DNA of 64,000 nt. Source: an uncultured bacterium. GTDB lineage: Bacteria > Patescibacteriota > JACMRA01. The DNA lies in assembly GCA_963784355.1 (NCBI GenBank), contig CAWAQU010000012.1, positions 64,001-128,000 on the forward strand, in the 5' to 3' direction. The stretch's first letter is position 1; every line of letters begins with the position of its first letter. This document shows, piece after piece, positions 49,238-58,395 of this stretch. The notes under the pieces are model-generated. The model searched no databases, was not told the DNA's origin, and saw only the letters and a program-made list of their open reading frames with translations. A program made the position numbers and the translations under genes.

Positions 49238-49423
49238 AAACAAAATACCTCCCTTGATTGGGAGGCTGGTTAAAATTTATTATTATTTAATAATATAGTT
49301 TAAATCCAAACACTCCCTAACTCACTAAACATGAGTAACCAGAGATTTATAAAAATGGATTTGAATTGCATACTATTAAACTTAAGTCCAAATACAGCGC
49401 ATTTTCATCCTTTTGTCAAGAGC
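49238..49423 (-). promoter_or_regulatory. leader-peptide attenuator B
   Basis: GCTCTTGACAAAA promoter, leader ORF 49371-49300, anti-terminator GGGAGTGTTTGG, hairpin CCTCCC-aatcaa-GGGAGG covering the SD. Confidence 0.65.
49300..49371 (-). CDS. putative leader peptide MQFKSIFINLWLLMFSELGSVWI
   Basis: 23-codon ORF between promoter and hairpin. Confidence 0.5.
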   Translation of the reverse strand: MQFKSIFINLWLLMFSELGSVWI

Positions 49424-49486
49424 AAATGCAGTAAATAATGGTTGACTAATCAGCTATATTGCTTTTAATATAAGTACAGCTTATTT

Positions 49487-50083
49487 ATGTCCTCAAATTT
49501 TCGCTTAAAATGGTATCACGGAGTAATATTCTTCGTTATTGTAAATTTAATAGGTTTTGGCTGGGGAATTGAAGTACGAGAATACTATGCTAATCTAAAC
49601 AAGCCATGGTTTGCCCCTGCAACTTGGGTATTTGGAATAGCCTGGACTGTAAATAATATATTAGTTATAACCGGAAATATTTGGGCTTTTAATCTATTTC
49701 AGGATTTGCAAGCAAAAAAGGATAAAGTACTCAGCAACTCTAAAACTGCAAGTGTATTTAGTAATCTAAAGCTTTACGGTACATTTCAGGTTTTGTCTTG
49801 GGTAAATTTTATGATTTTTCAGTATGTATCTTTTGGTACACAAATTCCTGCTATGTTTTTCTGGCCAACTTTTTCTATGTGGCTAATTACAGTGATTAGT
49901 ATGTATTTTGCAGGGCAGATTGATACACAAAGAGCTTGGGTTGAAAATCCTGAATTGCCAAGATTCGAAGCTTTTTGGCAAACTGTGATAAAAGGTAGGA
50001 GTATTATTTTCACTTTTACTACTTTAATAATTTGGTTGAGTATAGCTAGTTTGCTAGGTCACTACATCTGGTGGAATAACTAA
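49487..50083 (+). CDS. TspO/MBR family protein
   Basis: YYANLNKPWFAPATWVFGIAW. Confidence 0.8.
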   Translation: MSSNFRLKWYHGVIFFVIVNLIGFGWGIEVREYYANLNKPWFAPATWVFGIAWTVNNILVITGNIWAFNLFQDLQAKKDKVLSNSKTASVFSNLKLYGTFQVLSWVNFMIFQYVSFGTQIPAMFFWPTFSMWLITVISMYFAGQIDTQRAWVENPELPRFEAFWQTVIKGRSIIFTFTTLIIWLSIASLLGHYIWWNN

Positions 50084-50159
50084 ATCTTCGAATTGCTAAA
50101 ATAATACATTGGTATGATAAGCATTTGCCAAATTATGTTTTGTATATAAAATATTAAAT

Positions 50160-50864
50160 ATGCTTGATAGCATTTGGAAAGACTTACAAAGTGTTAGCTC
50201 CAGAGAAAAAGCAGCTAGCTCATCCAGATTTTTTAAAACTGGAATAGGCCAATATGGCGAAGGAGATATTTTTATTGGAGTGACCGTACCAGAGCAAAGA
50301 AAAGTAGCTCAGAAGTACTATAAAGATGTAGATTTAGATGAAATTCAAGATCTTTTAAATAGTAAAATTCATGAGTATAGGCTTACTGCTTTAATTATTT
50401 TGACGCTCAAATTTAAAAAAGCTGATAGCACTGAGCAAAAAGAAATTGTTGACTTCTATCTAAAAAATACAGAAAATATCAATAACTGGGACTTAGTAGA
50501 TGGCTCAGCTCCCTATATTTTAGGAAAATACTTGCTTGATAAACCACGAGAAATTTTGTACAGTTTGGCTAAATCCGGGACGCTATGGGAAGAAAGAATC
50601 TCAGTGCTAGCAACCTACACTTTTATCAAAAACAATGACTTTGAGGATATTCTAAAACTGGCTAAGTTATTTTTAAGCCATAGGCACGATTTGATGCATA
50701 AAGCAGTAGGTTGGATGCTTCGTGAAGTAGGTAAACAAAATATTTTGGTACTTGAGCAGTTTTTAAAAGAAAATTATAAAACAATGCCCAGGACAATGCT
50801 TAGGTACGCTATTGAAAAATTTGAACCGGAAATCAGGAATAAAATCTTAACCGGAGAATACTAA
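50160..50864 (+). CDS. DNA alkylation repair protein (AlkD-like)
   Basis: GVTVPEQR, NNWDLVD, LWEER, KAVGWMLRE, RYAIE. Confidence 0.9.
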   Translation: MLDSIWKDLQSVSSREKAASSSRFFKTGIGQYGEGDIFIGVTVPEQRKVAQKYYKDVDLDEIQDLLNSKIHEYRLTALIILTLKFKKADSTEQKEIVDFYLKNTENINNWDLVDGSAPYILGKYLLDKPREILYSLAKSGTLWEERISVLATYTFIKNNDFEDILKLAKLFLSHRHDLMHKAVGWMLREVGKQNILVLEQFLKENYKTMPRTMLRYAIEKFEPEIRNKILTGEY

Positions 50865-50871
50865 TAAAATT

Positions 50872-51528
50872 ATGTCTAAAAATGATAAAATAATAAAAAT
50901 CTTAGATCAGCTGATATTTGGAAGTTTGCTTTTGACCGTTCCAGTTGAAATATATTTAAAGAGTTGGCACGCCTTGATGATGAGCTTATTCAGCATATTT
51001 GTAATTTGCACTGCCAAATTCTTTCTGAAGAAATCAGATATAAACCTACCTGTAGAATTCAGTTTATTTCTAACGGTTTTTATATACTGCTCGGTTTTTT
51101 TGGGTGAGGGAAATGATTTTTATACTAAATTTTGGTGGTGGGATTTAGTTTTACACACATCCTCTGGAATGGTATTTGGTTTTGTGGGATTTATGATATT
51201 GTATATTTTGTACAGAATCAAAAAATTTACAGCTAGTGTATTTTTAATTGCCTTATTTACTTTTTCTTTCTCTGTAGCAATAGGAGCAATTTGGGAAATC
51301 TTAGAATTTACAATGGATCAGTTATTTAAAACAAATATGCAGAGATCAGGCCTTTTAGACACCATGAAAGACTTGATTGTGGATACCGTAGGAGCATTAA
51401 TCACTTCTGTTTGCGGCTATTTTTATTTAAAGAAGAGTGGAGACTCTTTTGATTGGTTTGAAACTTTGCTTGAAAGATTTGTCCACAAAAATCCTAAATT
51501 AGTAACTAAATTAAAAAAACAATCTTAA
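50872..51528 (+). CDS. membrane protein (DUF2238-like)
   Basis: WWDLVLHTSSG, GAIWEILEF, DTMKDLIVD. Confidence 0.75.
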   Translation: MSKNDKIIKILDQLIFGSLLLTVPVEIYLKSWHALMMSLFSIFVICTAKFFLKKSDINLPVEFSLFLTVFIYCSVFLGEGNDFYTKFWWWDLVLHTSSGMVFGFVGFMILYILYRIKKFTASVFLIALFTFSFSVAIGAIWEILEFTMDQLFKTNMQRSGLLDTMKDLIVDTVGALITSVCGYFYLKKSGDSFDWFETLLERFVHKNPKLVTKLKKQS

Positions 51529-51543
51529 AATCGATTATAATAT

Positions 51544-51888
51544 ATGACACTCACAGACTACCAAAAAGCTGCTAAAACTACACTTATACACACAGATAAA
51601 GAAGTAGATAACAAGGATTATCTTTTATTCAGAATGGTGCTTGGTTTGCTTGGAGAAACAGGGGAAGTGGCTGAAAAAATCAAAAAACAACTTAGAACCG
51701 GAATTGATTATAACGATGAAAAATTTAAGGAAGACTTGAAAAAAGAACTGGGAGATGTGTTGTGGTATATGTCCATGCTAGCCGAAGTGTATGGCTTTGA
51801 TTTAGAATCAGTTGCGCAGACAAATATTGAAAAATTAAGCGCTAGAAAGGCAAGCGGAACTATTTTCGGTAGTGGGGATAATAGGTAG
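51544..51888 (+). CDS. MazG-like nucleoside triphosphate pyrophosphohydrolase
   Basis: GLLGETGEVAE, KELGDVLWY, GSGDNR. Confidence 0.9.
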   Translation: MTLTDYQKAAKTTLIHTDKEVDNKDYLLFRMVLGLLGETGEVAEKIKKQLRTGIDYNDEKFKEDLKKELGDVLWYMSMLAEVYGFDLESVAQTNIEKLSARKASGTIFGSGDNR

Positions 51889-51936
51889 GTGCAATTATTG
51901 ATCAAAATATTTAAATACCTGAATTATATTAAATAA

Positions 51937-52647
51937 CTACAAAATTTGGCCACTCTGTATTGATGTTTTGTTGTTCAATATTCCTTCAAGTGTTTTAATT
52001 TCTTGAGTTTGGGTGTCAATTATACTTGTTGTAATTTGTTTAATTTTTTCATTTTGCACTTTATTTTGCGCTAGCTTAGTCATGTCGATTGCTTCTTTGT
52101 GATGCTTAATCATATCCATAATATAGGCCTTGTCTAATTCTACACCTCTGAAGTTACTCAAATCCATCATAGGTTTGTAATCAAATTTTGAAGGCAGATC
52201 AGATTGATATAAATTTTTATATTGCAAAGTCATTTCACTGATTTCGGAAGTCTGTTTTTCGATGACCTTTTGAGCAAAATTCTTTAGTTCCTGGTTTTGG
52301 CTTCTAGATAATATAATCACTGAACTATCAATCGCTTCTTGGTGATGAGGAACCATGTGTAAAATAAAATCTTTATCATTACTTATTTCGTCATTATTAT
52401 GATGGTCCTCCCTTTTATTGTTCATCTTTTTTTCTGCTTTCTTGTTTTGTTTAATTGATTGTTTTTCATCATTCATCTTTTTAAGAGTTGACTTATCGGG
52501 ACTTGATAAACCAGTAATATAGAGTAAAGGTATGAGTAAAGTCAAACCAATTGCTAGCAAAGCTACAGTAATTAAGCCGGCAGTAAGTGGAGAGAATTTC
52601 TTGCCATTTGGTATATTTGATTCAGAAATATTTTTGTTTTCAACCAT
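51937..52647 (-). CDS. DUF305 (ferritin-like, CopM-like) protein
   Basis: Duplicated MVPHHQEAI / MIKHHKEAI...Q-x2-EI motifs; N-terminal TM. Confidence 0.85.
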   Translation of the reverse strand: MVENKNISESNIPNGKKFSPLTAGLITVALLAIGLTLLIPLLYITGLSSPDKSTLKKMNDEKQSIKQNKKAEKKMNNKREDHHNNDEISNDKDFILHMVPHHQEAIDSSVIILSRSQNQELKNFAQKVIEKQTSEISEMTLQYKNLYQSDLPSKFDYKPMMDLSNFRGVELDKAYIMDMIKHHKEAIDMTKLAQNKVQNEKIKQITTSIIDTQTQEIKTLEGILNNKTSIQSGQIL

Positions 52648-52793
52648 AATTTGTTATTTAACTAAACCTATAATATTCAAACGAAGACCTATTGTCAATC
52701 ATAAAATAGGGTACAACAGAATAAGACACTTGACAAAATCAGTAAAATCTCAGATAAGTTTATAGATATTAATACCTTTGCCACAATAATAAT

Positions 52794-53387
52794 ATGCTTC
52801 AGAATTACGAACTTTATATTATTTTCAACCCTGAATTATCCAGTGAAGAAATCCAAAAAGAACAAGACACAATTAACTCTATTTTAACCACAGATCTTAA
52901 AGCTCAAAATTTGGATGTGCAATCTGAGGGTTTGAGAAAATTGGCTTATCCTATTAGTAAACACCGAACAGGATTCTACTCTCTGGCTAATTTTGACATT
53001 GATATGTCGGATGCTAGAAATTTAAAGAATCTAGAGAAAAAATTGAACTTAAGCGAAAATGTAATTCGTTATATTATCATTAATCAAACTGACTACCTAA
53101 AGCAAAAATCCAAAGAAAAGAGAAATGACGTTGAAATAGTAAATCACAGAGAATTGAATAAGGGTAAGTCAAAAGCTAAAAAATGTATTTCTAAATACAT
53201 GGGATTAAAAGTAGTTGATTACAAAGATGTAAGTTACTTAAGCCAATTTGTATCACCATATTCTAAAATCTTTATTCGTGAGAAAACTGGATCCAGTGCT
53301 AAATTCCAAAGAAAAATTACGCAAGCTGTAAAAAGAGCGAGACATATGGCTCTTATGTCATTCACTCCCATACATAATGACCAATAA
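52794..53387 (+). CDS. rpsF-rpsR: fused 30S ribosomal proteins S6-S18
   Basis: S6: YELYIIFNP, GLRKLAYPI, G-F-Y, VIRY; S18: VDYKD, KTG, FQRKITQAVKRARHMAL, in one frame. Confidence 0.9.
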   Translation: MLQNYELYIIFNPELSSEEIQKEQDTINSILTTDLKAQNLDVQSEGLRKLAYPISKHRTGFYSLANFDIDMSDARNLKNLEKKLNLSENVIRYIIINQTDYLKQKSKEKRNDVEIVNHRELNKGKSKAKKCISKYMGLKVVDYKDVSYLSQFVSPYSKIFIREKTGSSAKFQRKITQAVKRARHMALMSFTPIHNDQ

Positions 53388-53397
53388 ATTTATTATT

Positions 53398-53423
53398 ACC
53401 TGAACATCGCTTCAGGTTTTTTT
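53398..53423 (+). terminator. intrinsic terminator after the S6-S18 gene
   Basis: ACCTGAA-catcgc-TTCAGGT plus T run abutting the next ATG. Confidence 0.7.
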
Positions 53424-53825
53424 ATGTTTGATATAATTGCAGTAGATTGGGGTGAGAAAAGATGTGGCATTGCTTTTGGTGATCAAAAAACCGATTTGGT
53501 TATTGCCTACAAAAAAGACTGTTATACCCAAGAGGTTTGGGAAATTTTAGCTGAGGAAATAAGCCAAAAAAAAATCAAAATTGCAGTAATTGGTTTACCT
53601 TCCAATTTTAATGGAAAGCCCACAGAAGTAACTAAAAAAATTGAGTTGTTTATTGAAAACTTCAAAGTGGTTTTTCCGGGTATTGAAGTAATTACTTTAA
53701 ATGAAAGAAATAGCACAAAAGAAGCACTAATTGGATATAAGATTATTGATAAACATATAATAAATCATCAAGCTGCAGCAAAAATACTTGAGTATTATTT
53801 CACTGATAAATCATTGCGTAAATAA
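53424..53825 (+). CDS. ruvX: YqgF/RuvX family nuclease
   Basis: AVDWGEKRCGIA, VIGLP, NERNST, AAAKILE. Confidence 0.85.
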   Translation: MFDIIAVDWGEKRCGIAFGDQKTDLVIAYKKDCYTQEVWEILAEEISQKKIKIAVIGLPSNFNGKPTEVTKKIELFIENFKVVFPGIEVITLNERNSTKEALIGYKIIDKHIINHQAAAKILEYYFTDKSLRK

Positions 53826-53849
53826 TTTACTGATAGGGTTTAAAATAAG

Positions 53850-54668
53850 CTAACTAAGAGTAATTTCTCGTAAAATATCCCATACAGTTTGTTTTTGCGA
53901 CGAGGATAATTCGAAGGGAAGTTTATGTGTTAGGTTGCGTAAAAAATCAACATCCAGATGCCCTATTTTGGCAGGTTTATCAACTCTTTTTAGCTCTATA
54001 TACTTCAACAAACAAAGCCTCAAAAAAACCCTAAAAGTAGTCCAGGAACTTAGACTTTCTTGATAATGCTTAGCTGATTTTGGGTGATGAATGCCGCCGA
54101 GATCCAGAATTTCTTTCAATATTGAGCTTTTAGGTACGAGGCCTTGTAAATTTAAAACATAATCAATAGGCTTAAGACGTCTATGGAGTGCGACTATTTC
54201 GGCTCCTGTGAGAGTTTCAATTCTAAGATATTTTGCTACTAAGTAAGGTCTTAATTCTGCTTGTCCAAGTATGAAATTATATTTGTTGATAGCATCTTTT
54301 TTTAAAGAAAATTTTTCTATATTCCAAAAACCGCTATGAAATTTGAGTAATAGCTGATATTCTTTACCAATTTCTAAAAGTTTGTAGGTAAACTTAGATA
54401 CGGAAAACAAGTAACATTTTAGTTGCCAGCCACCGTCAAAATCTAAAATAAAATAATTTTTTTGAGCTTTTTTCTGAGTAATATTTACAAGTTTTGCATT
54501 CCACAAGTAAGTAATTTTCTCTTCAGGTAAATCATGAATATTCTCTAAAGGCTTGATCTCAGTTAAATCGTAGGGTAGGTAGGTAATAAAATCATACAGG
54601 TTTGTTATACCTACTTTTTCTAGCTTTTGTATTTGTAGTGGTGTAAATCTATCTTTTAGTCCCAACAT
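53850..54668 (-). CDS. recG: RecG N-terminal (wedge) region only
   Basis: LEKVGITNLYDFITYLP, IHHP, LPFELSSSQKQTVWDI then stop before Walker A. Confidence 0.7.
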   Translation of the reverse strand: MLGLKDRFTPLQIQKLEKVGITNLYDFITYLPYDLTEIKPLENIHDLPEEKITYLWNAKLVNITQKKAQKNYFILDFDGGWQLKCYLFSVSKFTYKLLEIGKEYQLLLKFHSGFWNIEKFSLKKDAINKYNFILGQAELRPYLVAKYLRIETLTGAEIVALHRRLKPIDYVLNLQGLVPKSSILKEILDLGGIHHPKSAKHYQESLSSWTTFRVFLRLCLLKYIELKRVDKPAKIGHLDVDFLRNLTHKLPFELSSSQKQTVWDILREITLS

Positions 54669-54734
54669 AGATTATTTGTATTCTTGACAATTTTCTCATT
54701 TTATGCTTAACTAAAAATATATTTAATGCAAATC

Positions 54735-54809
54735 GGCGCTATCGTCTAATGGTTAGGACGCAGGATTTTCATTCCTGTAATCGGGGTTCAATTCCCCGTA
54801 GCGCTACCA
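54735..54809 (+). tRNA. tRNA-Glu(TTC)
   Basis: GGCGCTA...CAGGA-TTTTCAT-TCCTG...GGTTCAATTCC...TAGCGCT-ACCA. Confidence 0.95.
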
Positions 54810-54897
54810 ACTTTAATTTTCAATAATATACAAACTACCGATTAGACAAAAACTTAATTTATTTTTACAATACTCCCTATTATAAGGGTAATTTTTT

Positions 54898-55884
54898 ATG
54901 TTTAAACAAAACCTGCCAATACTGGAAGAAATATTTTCCTTTTTGAGAAATCCACAAAGCTTTTTAGAAAAAAAATCCGAGTTAAATTTTTGGCAAACTT
55001 TATGGTATGTAATTCAAATTATAGGTTTTTGCATTACAGCCGGAATTTTAATAGGTTTAATTACCGAGTTTGTAAGTAAATTATTCGGGTATTCTCAAGA
55101 AGAAAATAATATTATAATTAGTACTTTGGTTGATATACCACCTTTGGTTGCGGGATTATTTTTGGTAATTATTGGTCCTTTTTTTGAAGAACTAAGTTTT
55201 AGATTATTTTTGCGTCCTAAAAAGTTTGCCTTTTTATTAGGGTTAGTGTTTTTTGTTTTATTCTTTGCAAGTTCTGTGCTGAGCTATTTTAACATTAGTT
55301 TACCGCAGATGGTTACAAATTACACTACTTTAATTTCGGGTGAAATCGGAATATCTTTTTTGATCACTTTATTAATATTGGCAGGACTTTTACTTGGATG
55401 TTTGAGCTTGGTTTTTAGATTTATTGATAAAGAAAAGGCAGAAAAATTTGTTTACTCTAGATTCAATTATTTGGTGTATTTCAGCTCAGTTATTTTTGCT
55501 TTGATGCATATTACAAATTATGAAAACCTGGAAAAGTTTTGGTGGTTGGCCCCTGTGTTTATTTTGCCACAATTGCTTGTAGGTTTGATTTTGCCTTTTG
55601 TACGTACAAAATTTGGTTTTTGGTGGTCTGTTTTTACCCACAGTTGTTACAATTTTGTTTTAGGGGTGGGCGTAATTGCAATTTTAGCCGGTTCTGATGC
55701 AGTTAGAAAACTTATTTTGGAACCCAAAAATGCTGACGATGCCATGAAAACCTTGAGCCAAGCTGATCAAATTTATGTTGGAGGGTTTGGTTTGATTTCA
55801 GGATGGTTGTACTTAACTGCCTTTACTTTAGCTGCAATGCTTGTGTATAATTTTTGGAGAAACGGTAATTTCAGAAAAAAATGA
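54898..55884 (+). CDS. CPBP (Abi/CAAX-like) intramembrane protease
   Basis: EELSFR, FALMH, HSCYN. Confidence 0.88.
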   Translation: MFKQNLPILEEIFSFLRNPQSFLEKKSELNFWQTLWYVIQIIGFCITAGILIGLITEFVSKLFGYSQEENNIIISTLVDIPPLVAGLFLVIIGPFFEELSFRLFLRPKKFAFLLGLVFFVLFFASSVLSYFNISLPQMVTNYTTLISGEIGISFLITLLILAGLLLGCLSLVFRFIDKEKAEKFVYSRFNYLVYFSSVIFALMHITNYENLEKFWWLAPVFILPQLLVGLILPFVRTKFGFWWSVFTHSCYNFVLGVGVIAILAGSDAVRKLILEPKNADDAMKTLSQADQIYVGGFGLISGWLYLTAFTLAAMLVYNFWRNGNFRKK

Positions 55885-55930
55885 GTTCAGAGGTAATTTC
55901 CTAGATTCTACTTTTATAAACAGAGCATGT

Positions 55931-57493
55931 TTAATTCTCTTCCTTGACTAGCATCTCAATTTCTTCAGCTAATCTAAATAAAGTATCTTCACTGAGCTCA
56001 GGACCTAGAATCTGACAGCCTGTAGGTAGTTTCAATTTTTCACTTGCCAGCTCGGATTCACTATTCTCATCAATTTCAAACAAACCTAGTGGTACTGAAA
56101 GTCCGGGGATTTTTACAGGATTTATACCGCAAGTAAAAACATCAGACAAGTACATTTTAAGCGGATCACTGGTTTTCTCACCAATTTTAAAGGGAAATTC
56201 TGGTGTAGTTGGTGTTAAAAGTACATCAACTTCTTTAAATACCTCCAGAAAATTCTGTCTGGCCAATTCCTTTACTTTTTGAGCTTGATTGTAATAAGCA
56301 TCGTAATAGCCTGCTGAAGAGACGTATGTACCCAACATTATTCTTCTTTTTGCTTCATCACCAAAGTATTCCTGCCTGTGATCAAAATATAATTCGTCAT
56401 ATTTATCTTTTTGAGCAGCGTACCTAATACCATCAATCCTTTCTAAATTTGAAGCTACCTCGACAGTCATAGTCATATAGTAGACTGAAATAGCGTATTT
56501 TGATAAAGGAATGCTAACATCCACCAAAGTATGCCCCAATCCCGTGAGTTTTTCCTGTAAATCCTCTAGCGCTTTTCTGATTATGGGGTCAATACCGTCA
56601 ATATAAAATTCTTTTGGGATACCTATTTTTAAGGGTTTTGTGGTTTTAGATATTTTTTTAGTTGTTCTTGTACTCTTTTTTAGTTCAAGGTTTTTTCCAA
56701 GCTTTTCAATTAATTCATCTGATTGCAGTGTAGTTTGATCTTTAGGATCTTTCCCGGCCAAAACTTTTGTGACGATAAGATTATCTTCTACATTGTTGGT
56801 GATACCTCCTACCTGATCAAAAGATGATGCCATAGGGATTACACCATATCGGGATACTAGGCCGTAAGTTGGTTTGAGTCCTACTACGTCGCAGAAGGCA
56901 GCTGGTTGGCGAATAGAGCCTCCTGTATCAGTTCCTAGGCTAAATACAACCTGTCCTGAAGCTACTGCGGCTACCGGGCCACTTGATGAGCCCCCTACAA
57001 TACGGGTAGTATCAAACGGATTTTTGGAAATGGCATAAGCCGAAGACTCACCACTAGATCCCATGGCAAATTGGTCCATGTGGCTAATACCTATACAAAT
57101 AGCACCTGCCTGATCTACTTTTTTGTAAACTGTGGAGGAATAAGGAGATTTGAATTGATCAAGTATTTTAGAATCAGCATCAAAAATTTCATTATCTATC
57201 AATATAATAGCCTTAACAGTATATGGAATTCCAAACAAAGAATAGTCTTCAATTAGTTTATCAAACCAGTTTTCCTCTCCTTTTTCAGCTTTGTATTTGT
57301 CTAAAATATCATCTAATTCAAAAGACTTTTTTTCAGCTAATTCTTCAGTATAATAGTGAAAAGCTTGAATTTTCTTATCTATTTGCTTACTTCGATTCAG
57401 AAAAAATTGTAGCACTTGAGATGGCTTGCCTTTACCGGTTTTATACAAATCATGGATTTCATGGATCGTAGGTCGTTTGGAAACGGAAAACAT
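55931..57493 (-). CDS. gatA: Asp/Glu-tRNA amidotransferase subunit A
   Basis: GGSSSG, GTDTGGSIRQPA, RRIMLGTY, DPLKMYLSD. Confidence 0.95.
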   Translation of the reverse strand: MFSVSKRPTIHEIHDLYKTGKGKPSQVLQFFLNRSKQIDKKIQAFHYYTEELAEKKSFELDDILDKYKAEKGEENWFDKLIEDYSLFGIPYTVKAIILIDNEIFDADSKILDQFKSPYSSTVYKKVDQAGAICIGISHMDQFAMGSSGESSAYAISKNPFDTTRIVGGSSSGPVAAVASGQVVFSLGTDTGGSIRQPAAFCDVVGLKPTYGLVSRYGVIPMASSFDQVGGITNNVEDNLIVTKVLAGKDPKDQTTLQSDELIEKLGKNLELKKSTRTTKKISKTTKPLKIGIPKEFYIDGIDPIIRKALEDLQEKLTGLGHTLVDVSIPLSKYAISVYYMTMTVEVASNLERIDGIRYAAQKDKYDELYFDHRQEYFGDEAKRRIMLGTYVSSAGYYDAYYNQAQKVKELARQNFLEVFKEVDVLLTPTTPEFPFKIGEKTSDPLKMYLSDVFTCGINPVKIPGLSVPLGLFEIDENSESELASEKLKLPTGCQILGPELSEDTLFRLAEEIEMLVKEEN

Positions 57494-57573
57494 AATTACT
57501 TAAAACTTAAATAATTTACAAACTTTGTAAAGTAATTGGGCTTTAATTGATAAGACTAGATCTAGTTTGTTTG

Positions 57574-58362
57574 TTATTTGGAGCCTAACACAAAGCATTT
57601 TCGGTTTTCATCTACTTCAAAATGTAAATCTCTGTACATTTGGGCTACCGGTGGGCGGCTACAGCTAAAACTCAAATATTTGAAATCCTTTTTTTGTAAA
57701 ATATCTGCTAACTGACCCATCAAAATACTCATTTTATTACCTTGAGTATATTGATTGTCTAAATCTGATTTTGCTGCGACGGAATGGAGTTGTATTTCAC
57801 CTAAGTCTGAAATGTTTAGTAAAGAAAATACTCCTACATTCTGGCCGTTTTTATGCTGGACTAAGTAAGTTTTGAGATTGGGGCTGTCTTGAATTACATT
57901 TAAATTTTCCGAGATTTTTTGTCTGCGATTTTGGTCAGGCTCAAATAATTTTACCCCGTTTTTTTCTGAATATTTTACACCAAAGCTGGTAAACATATAA
58001 TTCTCTAAAATGTCCTTTTCAGCATTATTAATTTTGGAAAATTGGAAATCATCAGTTATTTTTGTAGTTTTATTTGCCTCTATAAAATTATCTAAATCAG
58101 TTTTCCTCAGCCTAAAAAAAGTAGTATTTCTTTGAGCTATTTCGTAGTTTTCATGGCTATTCTGAAAATTAGCTATGGCTTTTTCCTGCTCATCCGAATT
58201 TGTAATTACTCTAAATACAGTCTGTCTTTGCTCGGTGATTTTTTGCAGCTCTTTTTGAACTTCAGTCAAGGTTTGACTCGGACTCAAAATCAATTCTAGA
58301 TATTCAGAACCATCCGGTAGTTGTACTTTGATTAAAGACATAAAATAATTTGTATTTGTCAA
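57574..58362 (-). CDS. hypothetical protein, possible C-terminal GNAT-like fold
   Basis: 262 aa; IQLHSVA...MYRDLHFE is GNAT-like but weak. Confidence 0.55.
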   Translation of the reverse strand: MTNTNYFMSLIKVQLPDGSEYLELILSPSQTLTEVQKELQKITEQRQTVFRVITNSDEQEKAIANFQNSHENYEIAQRNTTFFRLRKTDLDNFIEANKTTKITDDFQFSKINNAEKDILENYMFTSFGVKYSEKNGVKLFEPDQNRRQKISENLNVIQDSPNLKTYLVQHKNGQNVGVFSLLNISDLGEIQLHSVAAKSDLDNQYTQGNKMSILMGQLADILQKKDFKYLSFSCSRPPVAQMYRDLHFEVDENRKCFVLGSK

Positions 58363-58395
58363 AAAATATTATTTAAAGTAAACTTTGACAAGTAA

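Noticed and set aside
52771-52793. CCTTTGCC before rpsF as an S6:S18 autoregulatory leader
   Set aside because: There is no accompanying hairpin, CCG loop or SD pairing; the sequence is too short to support the call.
310-54809. tRNA genes as integration sites for islands or prophage
   Set aside because: I saw no integrase, no duplicated tRNA 3' end and no phage genes in the window.
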